A stretch of DNA of 64,000 nucleotides from Lytechinus pictus (Eukaryota): NCBI RefSeq assembly GCF_037042905.1, contig NC_087252.1, forward strand, positions 4,404,001 through 4,468,000, written 5' to 3'. The notes beneath the pieces are model-generated. The model had not been told where the DNA came from. It worked only from the letters and a program-made list of their open reading frames with translations, and made no database searches. This document shows, piece by piece, positions 23,432 to 37,959 of the stretch. The first letter of the stretch is position 1. Every line of letters starts with the position of its first letter. Both the position numbers and the translations under genes were made by a program.

Positions 23432-24395
23432 ATTATAGTTGTAACGTTTTGTATTGTACTTATGAGACGAAAACTAAATGAATTTAATAAAATAATACTA
23501 TCACAAAACAAAAAGTTATCGCTCTATTTCTTTTTGGAGTTGGTTTCGTTGAAGTTGGTGTGAAATTCAATTTGTATGATTTCCATTCATATCTTTGTAA
23601 TGTCCTCGTGATTTCTAAATAAAAACACACAAACAAACTCACTTTTGCTGTTATTCATTTAATCTAAGTCGATGACTAATAAAAATAATGTGAAAAATGA
23701 ATGCATTCATTAAAAGTAAAAATAAGATATAACAATGGAAATAATGGAAAACGAAGACAAATATACAAGAATCATGTAAAATGTGAAATACAACGACAAA
23801 ATGCTGTTAAAAGAGAAATGTTTGCAAATAGAGTTCAATCCACTCTCCCGTGGTTTAGATTCAATGAAGATCTCATGGATGGACAGAAGCAAGTTGTAGG
23901 CAGCGGCGTATTGAGCCATACATTTTGAGGGGGCCACTATTAAAGCGTATCGGGCAAAAAATTGTGGAAATTTGAAGGAGCCTATACTTTGAACTCTAAA
24001 TCATCATTTCCACATTGAAGATCGCCTTTTGGACTTCAAAAACTGTCACAATTTTTTTTTCTTAAATATATTTTGCTTCTCTCTATCCTAACTTTTCATT
24101 ACTTGACGGCGGCCCTCCTCCCCCACCGGCTTCAGTCCAAAGACGTAAACAAGAACTTTTCTATCAACATAGGTTATTCTACGGTATAGTATGATTATTT
24201 CTTCGAACATTGCAGAACAACAAAGAAAGAAAAGTAATTACATAAAAAGCTGAAAGAATAAGAAGTTATAAACGTCCCACGGGCAGAAATGTTGAAGTAT
24301 CGGCGTTTGTTTGTAAATGCTTTCACAGAGATACGATCTTACGTATACGCTTTCTTTCATACCCCCCTCTTACGACGAGCACAAGACAGTGCTAA

Positions 24396-24512
<117 letters not shown>

Positions 24513-25607
24513 TAAGTAGCAGTACGAATTTATATCAATTTGATAATTAAACATCTATCCTAAAAGAGATTATCATTGATTTTATTACGTGAAGCATGCA
24601 GTGTCATGGGCGCAGCCATCTTGGATTCTCTATCTGATAGTTGCTGGTGCTAAAACTTAACCCGTTATTTTTCACTTTTGTAGAGACATAATAGAATTAT
24701 ATCATTAGATATTTGAGGATCATTTTATAAAAATTTAATTTCATACATTATTAATTGTATTGATGACGGGAAAAGATGATGAATTGACTAAATTTGCATT
24801 CCTTTGCAGTTGCAACCATACACGTTTTAACATGGGTGGGACTTAAGTGAATGATACTGCATTTTGAATAGTTAAATAAATGACTTGATGACACACAATG
24901 TTATTGATAGATGACTAAACTTTGGATAGTAGTTGGTGCTAATTCAAGGCCTTGATATGTTAACTTGTTTAATGTCATGGTTTATCATGTTTCTAAGAAG
25001 ATTTTAAGATTTGTTTGTTCCATGGGCATGGGCATGGCCATGGCATGGGCATAGCTTTAGATTAGAAAAGCACCCCCCCCCCCCCAAAAAAAAAAAAAAA
25101 AAGGAAATTTTTTTTTTGTAGATCTACATTACAAGATTTACAGATATAAACAATATTATGTTACAAGATATACAAACACAAAGTGGACATTGATTTCATA
25201 TACCCCCAAATATATGAAATGGAATTGGGTCTCTGCACACAAAGGTTAAAAATAACTTGAGCTTGTCATTAGTATCTCACAAAATATCTGTCTTATCTTG
25301 TCTTTCTGTTAATGCCCACAATCATTAGATTACAGAAATATACCAGGCTTTGAGTAAGTACAGCGGGAATTATTCATCTGAGGTTGGACTGCCACTGGCA
25401 ATACTATTTTTCCCTAAAATAATGATTTTGTCAGTACAACCAAAAATGAGATTTCCTCTATACTTTCGAAATAAAGGCCTGGGACCGATTGCACGAAAGG
25501 GTCTTTCCAAGGACCGTCTTTCGTGTCGCCCATTTATTATGATGCGCCATGTGAAACACATTTTGAATAAATTACCTGCAAACATATTTTATTCATCTGT
25601 TAAAGTA

Positions 25608-27086
25608 GAAAGTCAAAAAGGGGGCTAAGCTTTCGATCCTAGCAGAATCTTCGTCGGAGGCAAAATGACAAACATATAAAGTGGAACAACCATAATATAG
25701 ACCATAAACAAGCTACAGCAACACTAGAAACAAGGAGACAAAAGGGGCATTAGTGAGTAGAGAAGACCAATCAGGTTAGAGAAGGGGATGAAAGAAAAGG
25801 AGTAGGCAGACACAAAGGGAAGTTAGTGTAAGTAAGGCCAGTAAAAGACCTCAAGCCAAGAGGGATTAAAATAATGAGGCAGTCAACATCAAACAGGATC
25901 TGGAACAAAACAGTGATAATGGGATGAAAAACAAGAGAATTAGTGAGAGGTGGGTCAAACAGGTTACAAAGAAAGGCTTAATAAACTGGTGCATAAGAGT
26001 GGGGGAAAAAAAGAAAAAGAATGGGGAACAACTGATAATGTGCAAAAGACATATAAGTATATATGATAAAGCATTAAACAAACTAAGAGAAGAAGGTAAG
26101 TGTTAATATGTATCTATAAGTGATATGTATATAAATATATCCAAAAAAGAAATGTATAGGAAAAAATATATAAATACACATATGGTGTAACTGATTTTGT
26201 AATCCGCTAGGTGTGACGGGAAAAAAACATAAGACTATATAGTAGGAAAAAAAAAAAAAAAACCCTGTATATGTGAAAAAGAGGAAGCAAATTGCCTAAA
26301 AAGGTCAAAGCAAATATAGAAGAGAGGGGGTGTATTATGAAGAAACCATAGTATACATGTAAATAAGCAAATGTGGTAAATCTAAAAGAGGTGAGTGGAG
26401 AAAAAAACAAATATATATATATATATATATATAATAATTATTATATCGCCTGAATAAGGAAGGAAAAATTGGAGCTGAGCTTGTATGAGATATGGGAGGA
26501 AAGTAGAGTAAGAAACTATAATGTAACTATTCAAAAGAGCTGAGGGGAAAAATTATATGTATATATAAATTGAAAGTGGATAGGGAAGAAAAATCAGTCG
26601 TTCCCCTCTTGGATGTTCAGGCCATGAGGTTGGGTGGTGCGAAGTCGTCTCATCCAGAGCTTCTCCCTGCTAGTACGGACTGAGTCAGGACGGGTACCTA
26701 AAGATTTGATGCCCTGTAGCATCATGTCAGTGATGGAGTGGTTGGGGAGGTTAAAATGGCGGCCAACTGGAGTGTCCAGCTTTGCTGTGTTGACGGTGGA
26801 TCTGTGCCCGTAGAATCGTTTCTTGAGTGTGGTCTTGGTTTCCCCTATGTATTGTACCCTACAAACTCTGCAAGTGATGAGATATATATACAACATTAGT
26901 GGTAGTGCATGTGATGTTGCCCTTGATTTGGTGAGACAGGCTGGTAGAGTTGCTGGTGAAAGTATCGCCCTCGTGAAGGTGTATTTCACATATGATGCAC
27001 CTGTTGCTGGTGCATTTGAAGGTTCCATGCTGTATGGGAGAAGAATGGTTAGTGAGGGAGGGCACTTCAGCACTAACAATGAGGTC
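25608..27086 (-). mobile_element. Second, more truncated copy of the same Penelope-like family (GIY-YIG plus 3' tail)
   Basis: Reverse complement nearly identical to about 18215-19655; GIY-YIG frameshifted at a TA run near 26880; flanked by direct repeat ATCTGTTAAAGTA (25595-25607 and 27090-27102). Confidence 0.93.
25623..25661 (-). ncRNA. Second copy of the U4C hammerhead-like motif
   Basis: Reverse complement reads gcct ccgacga agattctgctaggatc gaaa gctt agcc; stem I is weakened relative to the 19599 copy. Confidence 0.55.
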
Positions 27087-28398
27087 TTTATCTGTTAAAG
27101 TAAATAAAATCTTTGTTTATAAAATGATGTGATATATCAGGAAATTGTATACAAATCGATTAAAATGCTAGCTAACAAATTTCATTTGTTTATCATACAT
27201 TTCAGAAAAATCCCGCATACAGCGCATTATAAAAGATGGTCCTTGGAAAGACCCTTTTGTGCAATCGGCCCCAGGTATATTTGTTTTATATATATCCTAC
27301 TTCAGTAAGTTAGATCAATAGATCTTGATAATCTAGTTCTTGTACTCGTAGTTCATCCTTTTTTAATCTGAACCAAGATAACTCGCTGCACTGACTGACC
27401 TACTTTTCCTGAAGCCACGCGCTAGTCCCTATTCCATCATTGACGTCACCGAATAGCAATTTTTCTTCAGTGGGCGTTTCATTTTCAACATCATCACAAA
27501 ATAGTGAGAATATGTTTGGTCACATGATACTATTTAAACCAATCAGCATACGTGATTTAATTTACGTAGGGTATAATGATTATTATGAAATATGAATTAA
27601 ATGAGAATTGAGAACCATGCTGTATTATGAGCCCATGGCCAAGGCTGATGATATGATTATGTGATCAGATGATGATTTTTCATTAAAAGAAGACAATATA
27701 CATTAAAGAGAGGTCTGGCCATATTTTTGTTCGATTGAAAAAGTTGAAAAAGTTCCATATGTATCCCCTGCCAAAAAATATATAATTGACATTTCCAATA
27801 TACTCCCAGTTTCACTCTTGAATCCGTTTTTTTCTGGAACTTACCTTGCGACTCAAACTCACCTTGATAGAATTGCATTCAAGATCTCTTACCACTATGC
27901 TAGCGAGAGAATGCTGACAAGGGAAGTGTTTTTGAGTGATTATGATGTTGTTTTAGTTTATACAGCTCATATCACTCAGCAGTGAATATTTGCATCATTC
28001 CATTCTATTCCTTATTTCTATTTGGCAGTCAATCATGAGTGACTTTTTGCAACACACTGTATGTTAGGTATTTTAGGTAACACAAAATTTGCTTCATTTC
28101 TGATGTACTTTTTTTTCTCTCTTTTTTTTTTTGGAATTCACTTTTTTCTGATAATGATAATATACTAGTTGGATCATTATTAAATAATAAGAGAGTTCAA
28201 CAAAACAAAAAGAATATTAACACCAGCTTACGAAACAGAGCACTAATGAATGAAATACATGTCATCAGCAAAACTATAGGGAAGTACTTCCCAATGTTTT
28301 CCAAAACGATAAATGTTGTTGAAGAAAATAAAAAAGAATAAAAACCAACTTAATAACAAAAAGGGATAACATTTATTCCACAATCTTGAAGTACTTAA

Positions 28399-28980
28399 AG
28401 GAGAATGAAACTCTTGGAGCAAGTTTGCTTTTGTGAAAGCAGAAAAATCAAAGAATAAGATCAACAAAACTTTGAGTAAAATAGGACTAGCAATAAAAGA
28501 GTTATGAGCATTTGAATGTCGAGATCACTAATGCTATGGAGATCCTCCCATTGGCAATGCGACCAAGATCTGTGATGTCACACACGTACAACTCTCCCAT
28601 TTGGACACTGAAAATATACCCCAAAACATCTCTTTTTGCTCATTCTAATAATATGACAAACGATTCATCAATGATATAATGTTGTGAAACCTCTGTACTT
28701 GTCATCTCATAAAGAGAACACCTCACCTTGTGATAGACTCTATAAAAATGAGAATATAAGTGAAATAAGTACTAAAGTAATGAGGGAGTTGTACGTGTGT
28801 GACATCTAGATCTTGGTCGCATTGCCAATGGGAGGATCTACATGGCATTAGTGATCTCAATATTCAAATGCTCATAACTTTCTTATTATTCATTCAATCT
28901 TCCTCAAACTTTCAACAATATGTTTCTTTGATTTTTCTCTTTGATATGGATTCAGCTGGTTTCAAGGGTTTCATTCTCCT
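28399..28980. mobile_element. TTAA-flanked MITE family C (young)
   Basis: TTAA|aggagaatgaaac ... gtttcattctcct|TTAA; long internal inverted repeat; near-identical copy at 63092-63674. Confidence 0.92.
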
Positions 28981-29070
28981 TTAAGTGCTTAAAATTGTCA
29001 ATGTAATAAACATCACTGAACTAGTGATTAGTCTAGAGGACTCCATGATGATATATTTTTTTTTTCATCA

Positions 29071-29280
29071 GGAGGCGCGATAGCTCAGTCGGTAGAGCGG
29101 GGGACTCGTATTCCGGTGACCCGGGTTCGATTCCCACTTAGTGCGCTAGTGCCCTTTGGTAAGGCATTAATCCTCAGTACCAGGTCCTTCGGAGGGGACA
29201 TTAAGCCGTCGGTCCTCTGGTTGCTTGCTTACAAGCATTCATGCTTTCTTAGCAATCAGGTAAAAAAATCACCACCACCA
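29071..29280 (+). mobile_element. tRNA-derived SINE, second family
   Basis: tagctcagtcggtagagc A box and gggttcgattccc B box; body gtgccctttggtaaggcattaatcct...ttaagccgtcggtcctctgg; closely related copy at 33852-34042. Confidence 0.85.
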
Positions 29281-32200
29281 AAAATTTTTTATGATCATGG
29301 ATGTGATGTAATGACAATATCAAAATCATAAAAAATATCATCATGGAGTCCTCTAGACTAGTTAGTGATACACACAACGTACAACGAATTATCTACACAA
29401 GGTATCCTGAGAAGTATATTCGCATAATAATCTCTGTATGGCATATCTTCTGTCCAGGGGCGGATCCAGGATTTTCCAAAGGGGGGGGGGGCACATTTTC
29501 CCAAGGAAAAAAATTGACAAGGAAAAAACCAAAAAGGTTTTCAACAAAAAATAAGGACATTTCGTCCACAAAAAAAATTGATAAGCAAAAAAAGAAAAAA
29601 AGGGTCTTCACTTTTAAAGGGAGGGGGGCACACTTCGGTTTTAATGGCATTTTTACATTCAAAATTTTAATTATGCCTCTCAAAAGGGGTCTGCATTGCC
29701 CCCGCCCTTCCTATCCTGGTATCAATAATCATGTTGGTGGTGTTAATAATATATAGTATCACCCCTATAATGCCAGTGATGGTCATATAATAATGATGAT
29801 GATGAATGAGGGATTATTTATGCAATTAATAAATGGCCGAAGATGTAGCTGTATCGTTGAGTCAGCAAAATACTGGATTGGCACATCACGCTAACTTGAA
29901 GTATAATCATCAGCACACGTAAGTTTGTAAGCCTCTCGGCTCCCAGTTAACTTCAACCGAGTTTGATGAAAGATGCAGAACCTGCACGAATGGGGAAGAG
30001 ATTGTGGTTCACCATGTATGCTTCGAGTCCTGAAAAAAAGGACAGTGGACTGATAGTGATAAAAATTGAAAAATCTTCCATTTAAAACTTCATGGAAGCT
30101 TTTTCATTTTTTATAAGAGTTTCTCTTTAGGCTTTATTACATGTACAGTGTATCTTAAAGAATAATTTGATGAAGCACTATGAATGATCACTGAAAATTC
30201 TCCACTATAAAACTGAAATATTTCTTAAACTTTTCATAACAAGTTGCTTATTCATGGTGGCGTGTGCCGCTGTTTTACTTTTACATACTGTAGGCTCTAG
30301 TACATGTGTCCCAAGGATAGGTACACTACAGTGTTCATCAAACAGTATGAATGCTCCAACAATACAAATCCTGTTAAACTTGGCTTTCATAAAATATAAT
30401 GAATTATATAAAAGAGGAAAATAAAGCCTTTGTTTTGTACTTAGTTGGAATGTGACATGCAATACTTCAATGATCATGACAGATAAGGTGATGGATTCTT
30501 TCATTTGATATGAATTCTTTAAGTATTTAAGTCGGTAATTACGCATTTCACAAACAATTTTAAACGGATGTATATCTCACTGCTGTTGCCTCATTGACCT
30601 TTGTACAGGGGTGCAAGTAGATAATTTGTTTCTCATTTCATTTTCCCTTAAAGGCATATGCTAACGTTGTAAACATGTAATTTAAAAAATATCAAAGGAG
30701 AGTTGAAATATGTACATGAATGCCTTTCTGTCAACCTAAAAACTCTATAACAACAAAAAAAATCGAATTGAAATCATTTCGATATACGTTATAATTGATG
30801 GTTTTGTGTAATTTCTATCGTGCTGATAATAACAGAACACATAAGTGTATGGATGAAATTAAGATGGTATTTCCGGTCACTTTATATTTCACTTTTTTGA
30901 AGCACTTAATAATGATTTTCGGAAGCAATTTTTTCTGGGCTTCATTTTTGTAACATATCACAGAGACAGGTGACAAGTGGGACCTTGCAGCTCAGATTTT
31001 TTTAAAGTCAAATCAATGTTAACCAATCACTTTAAAAATGAATAAAATGAATGAAAAGGATCAGAATTTAATATGAAATGAAAGCATACCATCTTCCCTC
31101 TCACAAAAAAGAAGAAATAAGTCATTATCACTGAAGCATTGTTAGTTACATACACATTTAAATTCAATGATCACAGAAAGGTATGAAAATCTGTATTAAT
31201 TATTGCACTTTATCGTTCGTGCATGACTGATTGCAATTTGCAACAAGGTGAAAGACAAATCCTATACTTTTTTTTTCATATGATACAATTAGATCTAAAA
31301 GCCAGGTTCTGAGTTTTTTTACTTCCAAAAAAGTTCTAGCATAGTTCATCCACTCAATTTACAGTGCCGTTACATGTAATGTACAGTTCCTGGATACTCT
31401 GTACTAGTATATCTATTATAACTCAGGAAGATGCACTCTGTATGACATATACTATAGGTAAAAGGTGTCATATTATTTTTAACCGATAGTTTAATATACT
31501 ATGACATATTTAGTTGCAGTTTCAGTCTCGTTATCATGTACATATTTGATTGGTGAATTGGTAATGAACATCAGTATCATGTGTACTTTTCTGATTGGTT
31601 GTCATCCCTTGTAATGCTGAAGTGCAGCTTAACAAGACCTTTCAATATCATACAAGGAAATGGGGGGAGGGGTTGTACATTAAAGTCCATTAGTCTACGT
31701 GTATTTCATAGTGACATTGAAACTAAACTCAAATTGGTTTTGTTTGACTTGCATGAAGAGATCCGTGCACAGGAAATCATTGGTTGGATATTCCACTTTA
31801 AGTTTTTTATGATGGCTTGTATTTAAAAAAAAAAATCAAATGATATTGTATAATACAATGTACCTTGGCTTTAGCACAGTTACCCTGATCAGTTGGTCAA
31901 GTATTCAATGATTGCCTTCCTACTGGGTACCCATGGGTGGAGAGTGGCAAATGTAGATAAGTGCCTTACAAAAGGACGCAAGCGCTGCATTGGGATTTGA
32001 ACCACGGACCCTGGGATTCAAAGTGTGGAGACTTATTCACAAAACCAGAACATCTCTATATAATGGAAGCTTTGTCGTGTAGTAGTTTTGACTCTCGTCT
32101 TGTAATTAGAGGGTCCTGTGTTCGAATCTCACCGTGGCCTAACGTCCTTTGCCACGGCACCAATCCACCCTTTGCCACTCTCCACCTAAGTGTTAAATGA

Positions 32201-33851
32201 GTACCCGGCAGGTTGCAAAAGCCCATGTAGTGTGCCTAGCAATCGAGTTTTGAAATCTTGCTGGAATGCTCCCCAAGGAGTGGAGAAAGTGAAAACCTTT
32301 ACATATACATGTACAATACATGTACATGTATGTGCAGGCATGCGAGGATTCAATGACAGGTGTAATAATTTAAAGCGCTTTATAGAGATGTCATTCCGAT
32401 TAATCAATGAAGCGGATGTAGGTAATGTCTTCGGAAGTTAGGATAGCACATTTTCTTCAACCAAAACCATTGATCAAGAGAGTTTTCCAATCTGGTTCCT
32501 ATTGCATGTACACCATTTTGCATCATATGCCTTGTCAGGCTAGCTCTAATATTATAATATGCTCTGTCTATAGCTATTTTTCTGTGCATACCCTTCACTC
32601 TAGCAAAGTGGTCTAAACATGCAGCCTAAGGTCCCGGTCAATGACTTGTGTACAGATGGCCACTCTGTCTACAAGTTTTATTTGCGCTAGTCTTGTGTGA
32701 AGACCCACTTGTTGATCAAAGTCTCGATCAGGGTCTGTGCAGTGTGCCGAACAGACTAGCCGACTCTGGATAGATTTCTAGGGTAAGCAATCCAACCATC
32801 ATAGCATCATCCCTCCTGACCTCCCTGATTCATAATGACTCATCCTACCAGATAACATGAATATTCATGAGTTGCTATATTAAGGTATGCTGTATTCAGC
32901 AGAATTTTGGACTATTCTATTTAGTAATAGGGGCTGTAACTCGTGATTAATGGAAGGCACACATTAAAATATACACCTTCTTTCTGAGAGTGAGAGAATC
33001 TTATTAGGGATGTTCACCCTAACAAAAAGTTTATTGTAAAAAAAAAACCAGAGAAAATAATTAAAACTATTGTTAATAATGATAATAATAATATGCAACA
33101 TTTATATAGCGCCTAATACAAATGTTTCTAAGCGGTGCATACTATTACCCCGGCTTTAGCACGGCTACCCTGATCGGGTTTGAGGATAATCCATCAAAAA
33201 TTTAAAAACTTATTAGAATTCAATTTTTGTTCATTTGTGGTGTGATATGCGAGCATCTTCCCATGTACCTTGAATCATAAAAATCAATGAAATATAATTT
33301 TCTCAGTATATCAACAGACAAATAATAATTTCACAACTGCTCCTGAAATTTTTAATCATGAACCATTTAAAAAATTGCATATTTTTTAATTTAAATTTTT
33401 AATTTTTTTTGTTTATATTACAAAGCATTTTCTTTTCCTCCCTTCGTTTTGTTTGTCGTGTTTGTCTTCTTCATCTCCTTCTTTGCCTTCTTCTTCATCA
33501 TTGACTTCTTTTACTCCTCTTCCTCTTCTTTTTCTTCATCCTCTCCCTTCTTTTTCACCAGTTTCTGTACATAATTTGGAGAGTTTTTAAACTTTTTTAG
33601 AGTATACAAGACAGCAGATTTTCTTTCAAAAGTAGCTACTAACGATCCTATGTTTAGCGTGAGTATTCTGAGGAGTAGCATTTGCAAAATTGAATCTGAA
33701 ATAAGATGTTATGTCTACAATTTTGACTTCCATCATTGTAAATTTATAAATGATCTCATTCAGTTATTCGTGTATTTTTCAGTTCCTTGTATAATTTCAA
33801 GCTTTCCAACAATTGTAGTTTGTAGGGGACTAGGGTTTAAAATAGAGGTAG

Positions 33852-34042
33852 GGAGGCGCGATAGCTCAGTCGGTAGAGCAGGGATTTCTGATTCCGGTGA
33901 CTCCGGTTCGATTCCCACTTGGTTCGCTAGTGCCCTTTGATTAATCCTCATTACCAGGTCCCTCGGAGAGGACCTTAAGCCGTCGGTCCTCTGGTTGCTT
34001 ACTTACAAAAGCATTCATGCCTTCTTAGCAGTCAGGTAAAAA
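33852..34042 (+). mobile_element. tRNA-derived SINE, same family as 29071-29280
   Basis: Aligns along its length with 29071-29270 apart from a small internal deletion. Confidence 0.85.
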
Positions 34043-37000
34043 ATCAATACCAAAATACTTTATAAACTCCTGTAAAGTTGGGGGCACGAATAGAGTTACA
34101 ATTTTCCCTAATCCAACTGCTGTCGTCAAGTATAGTAAAAAAGATACGTGCGAAAAGAAAAATAATAACAGACGAAAACAGAAACTACAAAAAAAATTTA
34201 ATGAAAACCTGGACAAAGTATAAATTGATTTTAAACCTGACAAGCATCCCGGAAGTGAATCTGTACATGCTTTTATGCTCTGCTGCCCTCGCACGGTGAA
34301 AGTGACAAGGGCGTGGCACTGCCTACCACTTCCTGGTAGACTCTGTGATAAGGAAGCGTGAGCTCTATCAGTGGATAGCATTCTACATATAATAGGCATA
34401 AAGCCAAGCGGTGCAGTATAGACTGGTATATAGTATTTAATATCTACCAGGCTCTCAGGATCACACAGTTCACCACCCCGAATCCCAACATAGAATTTAA
34501 GTCCATTACAAGGAATAAATCTTTATTTGCCATTCTTCATCCATTAGTTTTCTTTTTACTCTTAAAGTTAAGGTATTAAAGAAGAGTGTATAGTGCTTAT
34601 ATGAGAAAAACTGAGGAATGTCTATAATTTGATCTAGTGAGCGTACAGATGGAATGTAGAATGTGTATCAGACAAAAAATCATTTTATTTCCTTGGGCTA
34701 CCTTTTACAACCTACTTAAATCTCCAACATAGGATAAGCTTCAGTGAACGGGGATTTTCTGGGCTCTTTTTTTTTTATTTTCCAGGGCCCTTTCAAGCAT
34801 GTTTGGGTGTCATTGCCTACGCCCCATGGAATTTCATTGCCTCTGCCCCCATGGAATTTTTTCTCTGATGGGTATCAATTGGATTTGACTTTTTTATTCA
34901 ATATTGAATCTATTGTTATTGCACATGGCATTTTGATATCAGACACTCTGATGGGTTATTCATACTGTACATAGATACATGTAGGCCTACCCATGAAATA
35001 ATCTGGGTTTTTTTCGGCTTCATGTCACAGCTTATTGCCTCAATCTGCAACATTAAAGCTTTATATAAAACATTGCAATGAATGCAGATTTTCCCGTACT
35101 ATTATTTGAGTTTCCATGGCTCGTTGGAGCATATCAGGGGCAAAGTCACCAAAAGCCCCCGTTAAATTTTTTCCCTGGCCGCCTTCCAGATAAAATCCTG
35201 ATCCTTGGCCAGTCTTGACCTGAATGAATGTCTGGCTGGTATTTAATGTACAAGACTTGCATGCTAATAGTGTTTTCTATACCAGGTCATTTTATAGGAA
35301 ATTCATAGTGAAGCTTACGTGTCGTAGACCATAAATTTTTAATTCTCTAGTGATGCCTGAATTTCAGGTTTATGAAACCTTTAAAGTATTTTACACCAGC
35401 TTCAAGTTTGCCATTGAGGTTTTATTATGAATTTGGTTTGTGATTCAAACATTATTTGGTTTTTCTAAATTCAAATTCCAATTCCATGGTATGCATTTAA
35501 CATCTAGACCCCATCTTACAAAGAGTTATGATTGATCTAATCAATCGTAACTCTATGGAAATCAATCAGTGTCATAATTTTTTTCTGCAGGAAATTTGCA
35601 AAATGTCCTTTGTAAACAAAGGAGAATACACCAAATTGTCAAGAAATCAATGAATTAATGGATATACATTCATATCTAGAAATTTTTCTGAACAAACATG
35701 TATTTATATGTTGACTTTGCTGGCTTTCCATAGTTGCGATTGATTGGATCAATCGCAACTCTTTGTAAGACGGGCCCCTGAGGTTGTGTGTTAAATGATG
35801 TGCCCATTGGCGTTATCAAGCAGAACTTGTGTACATGTAGTGCCTGAGAAGAACTTTTGAGTGTCACTTTGTTTTCAAAATCATGAATTTCTCGTGTACA
35901 ACACTCATGTAATCATTCCAAGAAATTATGCCAGAAGTAAAACATCTGGACAGATCTAAAAAGTCACTGATTTCTCCAAGAAATTATACCCCAAATGAAT
36001 TGCTCTTTAAGTACAACTTTTGTAGTTTTGAAACAACCCTTTTTCAAAATCCTGAATTCCATACATTCCAAATTTGCTATGATCATTCCAAGAAATTTAA
36101 GACATAGCTAAAACAAAAAGTCACTTTTTCTCCTAGAAATTATGCCAAAAGTAAAACTTCTTCAAAATCCTGAATTTCATACATTCAAAAGTCACTATGA
36201 TCATTCCAAGAAATTATGGCATATATCTTTTTAAAAAGTCACTATGTCTCCAAGAAATTATGCCAAAAGTAAAACTTCTGGACAGTTCTCTTAGTATTAA
36301 GCTATATCAGTATCAGATGAAATTATGTTTGTAGAAAAAGGCTTATCCTCTAAAGTCAGGAAGTTTAAATGGGATCTCTTCGTGTAGATAATGGACACGA
36401 GGAAGGCAAGCAGGAAACATTGTGTATGTAGATACCAGCTCCATGCCTTTAACACGTTATGAACAGGCTAACCAACCTCCCACGTGCTCTCGGCCATCTT
36501 TTGAATCAGATAAGACATTTATACTAAAGTTTGAAGGTGGCTTTTAGTTCCTGTATTAAAAAATTGAAATACCACAATATTGTTGAAATACTTTTTGAGC
36601 TATTTATCACTGAACTGAGTAGGAAAGTTCTGGAAAAGTCTGGAATGAAAATAGCAAATAGTTGGTTGTGGAAAATATAGGCCTATTCTGTTTGATTCAG
36701 ATAATGTTCATATTCATAATTGGTCAATATTTTTCTGCACTCTAAATTTCAAGGATAGAAAATAAACCTACTGTAGGAAGGCTGTGAATAGTAACGAGAC
36801 AAATATTGGACTTATTTTAATCTTAAATCTCAAAATATTTATGTCATTAAGATATGACAAATAAATTGAATAGTCAAAAACCATATTCTCTGTGATTAGA
36901 CTGGTGTTGAGTTTATGAATTCACATTTTCTTTCAAATATTCAAAATTTATTTTTTGCTATGATGATATTTCATAAAAAATGTATCTCATTCAGTTTCCA

Positions 37001-37959
37001 AATTCAAGCATTCAAGTTCTGGTATGTAGTATTTTCAGCCTGAAATTTGCCTATTACTGAGTTTTTCTCATGCTTTACTAACTGTTTCATTCAACAACAT
37101 TTATATGAGTTGAATTCCAATTACACGACTCTTTGCAGTCTGAAGGCAAGCTAACATATTTTTTTTTAATAGCGCTTTTAAACTTCAGGTCAATATGGCG
37201 GGAAAGTAGATATCCTTATTGTATGAGAACACGTTGCACTCAAAACAAGGAAACAGAATGGCACGAAGGATGAGAGCGCGTAAGATGAAACCAAAATCTA
37301 CCCATTATCAACCACTTCAGTTATGATTGTATACCAGCATCTTCTCATTAAATATCAAACTACTCTCACTTTCTTCTTCAAATCTATGCCAAGTTTTTTT
37401 TCTCTCTCTTGTTTTTTTTCTTTTGTTTGTTTTACATTCACGTTATGAGAGGAGAAAGTGAAATATACATTTACAGCCTCCCCTCTACCCCCCTTCTCTC
37501 TTTTACTCCCCCCCCCCCCTCTCTCTCTGTCTATCTTTGGCTCTCTGCCTCACTTTACATCCATAAAAATGCATATTAATATTTCTTCCTCAATCTTTGA
37601 TGTAAAGTTAATGTGTGACACGTATACCAGGAAGTATGACGAATAGTCCCATGTATGTATTTCTTTGTCTCTTTCCAACACGTTATATTATCTTTCTTCT
37701 CTCTCTGTCTTCATAGTAAAAAGAAAGATGAAACTCAAATTGTACTTATATAGCTAACATGAAAATGTTGTGGTTGATATACAGGGTGTTCCTTAAGAAA
37801 GTAACCAAAGTTTGGAATCTGAGGTCTGCTACACTTGTACAGAGCTGCCAATTATTAGGATTTCTAGGGGAAAGTGACTCTACATGTAAAAAATGATTTT
37901 AACCCAGAAATAGGATTTTCTAAACTTGTATGATGATGGGGAGGGGGCTCAAGGTTTAC

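Larger units (their letters stand above)
25479..27274. mobile_element. MITE with about 43 bp TIRs, split by the Penelope insertion
   Basis: ctgggaccgattgcacgaaagggtctttccaaggaccgtcttt on the left; aaagatggtccttggaaagacccttttgtgcaatcggccccag on the right. Confidence 0.85.

Noticed and set aside
29835..30030. Minus-strand exon-like segment after a strong acceptor (cctttttttcag), possibly a nested antisense gene
   Set aside because: All three frames stop within about 45 codons, there is no recognisable domain, and I could not link a partner exon to it.
35905..36285. Spaced repeats (tcattccaagaaattatgcc) resembling a CRISPR-like array; also the 60 bp units at 49935-50085
   Set aside because: The intervening sequences are themselves repeated, the units are degenerate, the context is eukaryotic and there are no cas genes; these are ordinary minisatellites.
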